In this document: positions 63,705 to 64,000 of the stretch, piece by piece
Layout of the letters: every line of letters starts with the position of its first letter
Numbering within the stretch: position 1 is the stretch's first letter
DNA from: Vicugna vicugna
Lineage: Eukaryota
DNA: 64,000 nucleotides
Reading direction: 5' to 3'
Assembly: GCA_013265495.1 (NCBI GenBank)
Contig: MU058221.1
Location: 1,364,001-1,428,000 of the forward strand
Notes under the pieces: generated by a model
Seen by the model: only the letters and a program-made list of their open reading frames with translations
Database searches by the model: none
What the model was told of the DNA's origin: nothing
Made by a program: the position numbers and the translations under genes

Positions 63705-64000
63705 TACCAGACATATAATAATAAGATTGTCTAAGTGAAACATAAAAAGAGAATCTTAAAAACAGCAAAAGAAAAGAAGCTTATTAACATACAAGGGACC
63801 CCTCCTGCCTTAAAGTTACTGGATTTCTCAGCCAGAACCTTACAAGCAAGGAGAGAGCAGGGTGGCATAATCAAAGTGGTAAAAGAAAAAAAAAAATCTG
63901 ACAACCAAAAATAATCAATCTGGCTGATTATTCTTAATAAATGAAAAAGAAATAAAGATCTTTCCAGGCTGGTAAAATCTCAGGGATTTCGTCAACACTG
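63705..64000 (+). mobile_element. L1 ORF1 C-terminal fragment (runs off the window)
   Basis: 'aaagagaatcttaaaaacagcaaaagaaaagaag...catacaagggaccc...gatttctcagccagaaccttacaagcaaggagagag'. Confidence 0.85.

Noticed and set aside
1..64000. CRISPR arrays, operons or other novel multi-gene systems
   Set aside because: No repeat-spacer arrays or long ORFs; the sequence is ordinary mammalian non-coding DNA.

Overview
Mammalian, AT-rich, repeat-dense genomic DNA, most likely from a camelid. The evidence is a tRNA-derived SINE at 30001-30131 resembling the Vic-1/Vicugna type, plus young cetartiodactyl-type L1 3' ends. I recognise no protein-coding gene, RNA gene or prokaryotic system, so the window reads as intergenic or deep intronic. 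All listed ORFs are L1 remnants, N-gap artefacts or chance ORFs. Much of the window is identifiable interspersed repeat (L1 of several ages, L2, MIR, MaLR MLT1, four ERV1-type solo LTRs, hAT and Tigger MITEs), and there is one 542-nt assembly gap. I found no evidence of a novel biological system. The most interesting signals are mechanistic footprints. (1) A 38-nt internal piece of young L1 ORF2 is pasted into an old MER5A between 9-bp direct repeats. (2) A twin-primed (5'-inverted) young L1 has a perfect 16-bp TSD spanning the gap. (3) A composite LTR appears to contain an ERV internal 3' end and PPT. (4) CpG-rich patches in old repeats show weak-to-strong substitution bias. Several isolated splice-site pairs are listed at low confidence. 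Repeat family names come from recalled consensus similarity, not from a database search.
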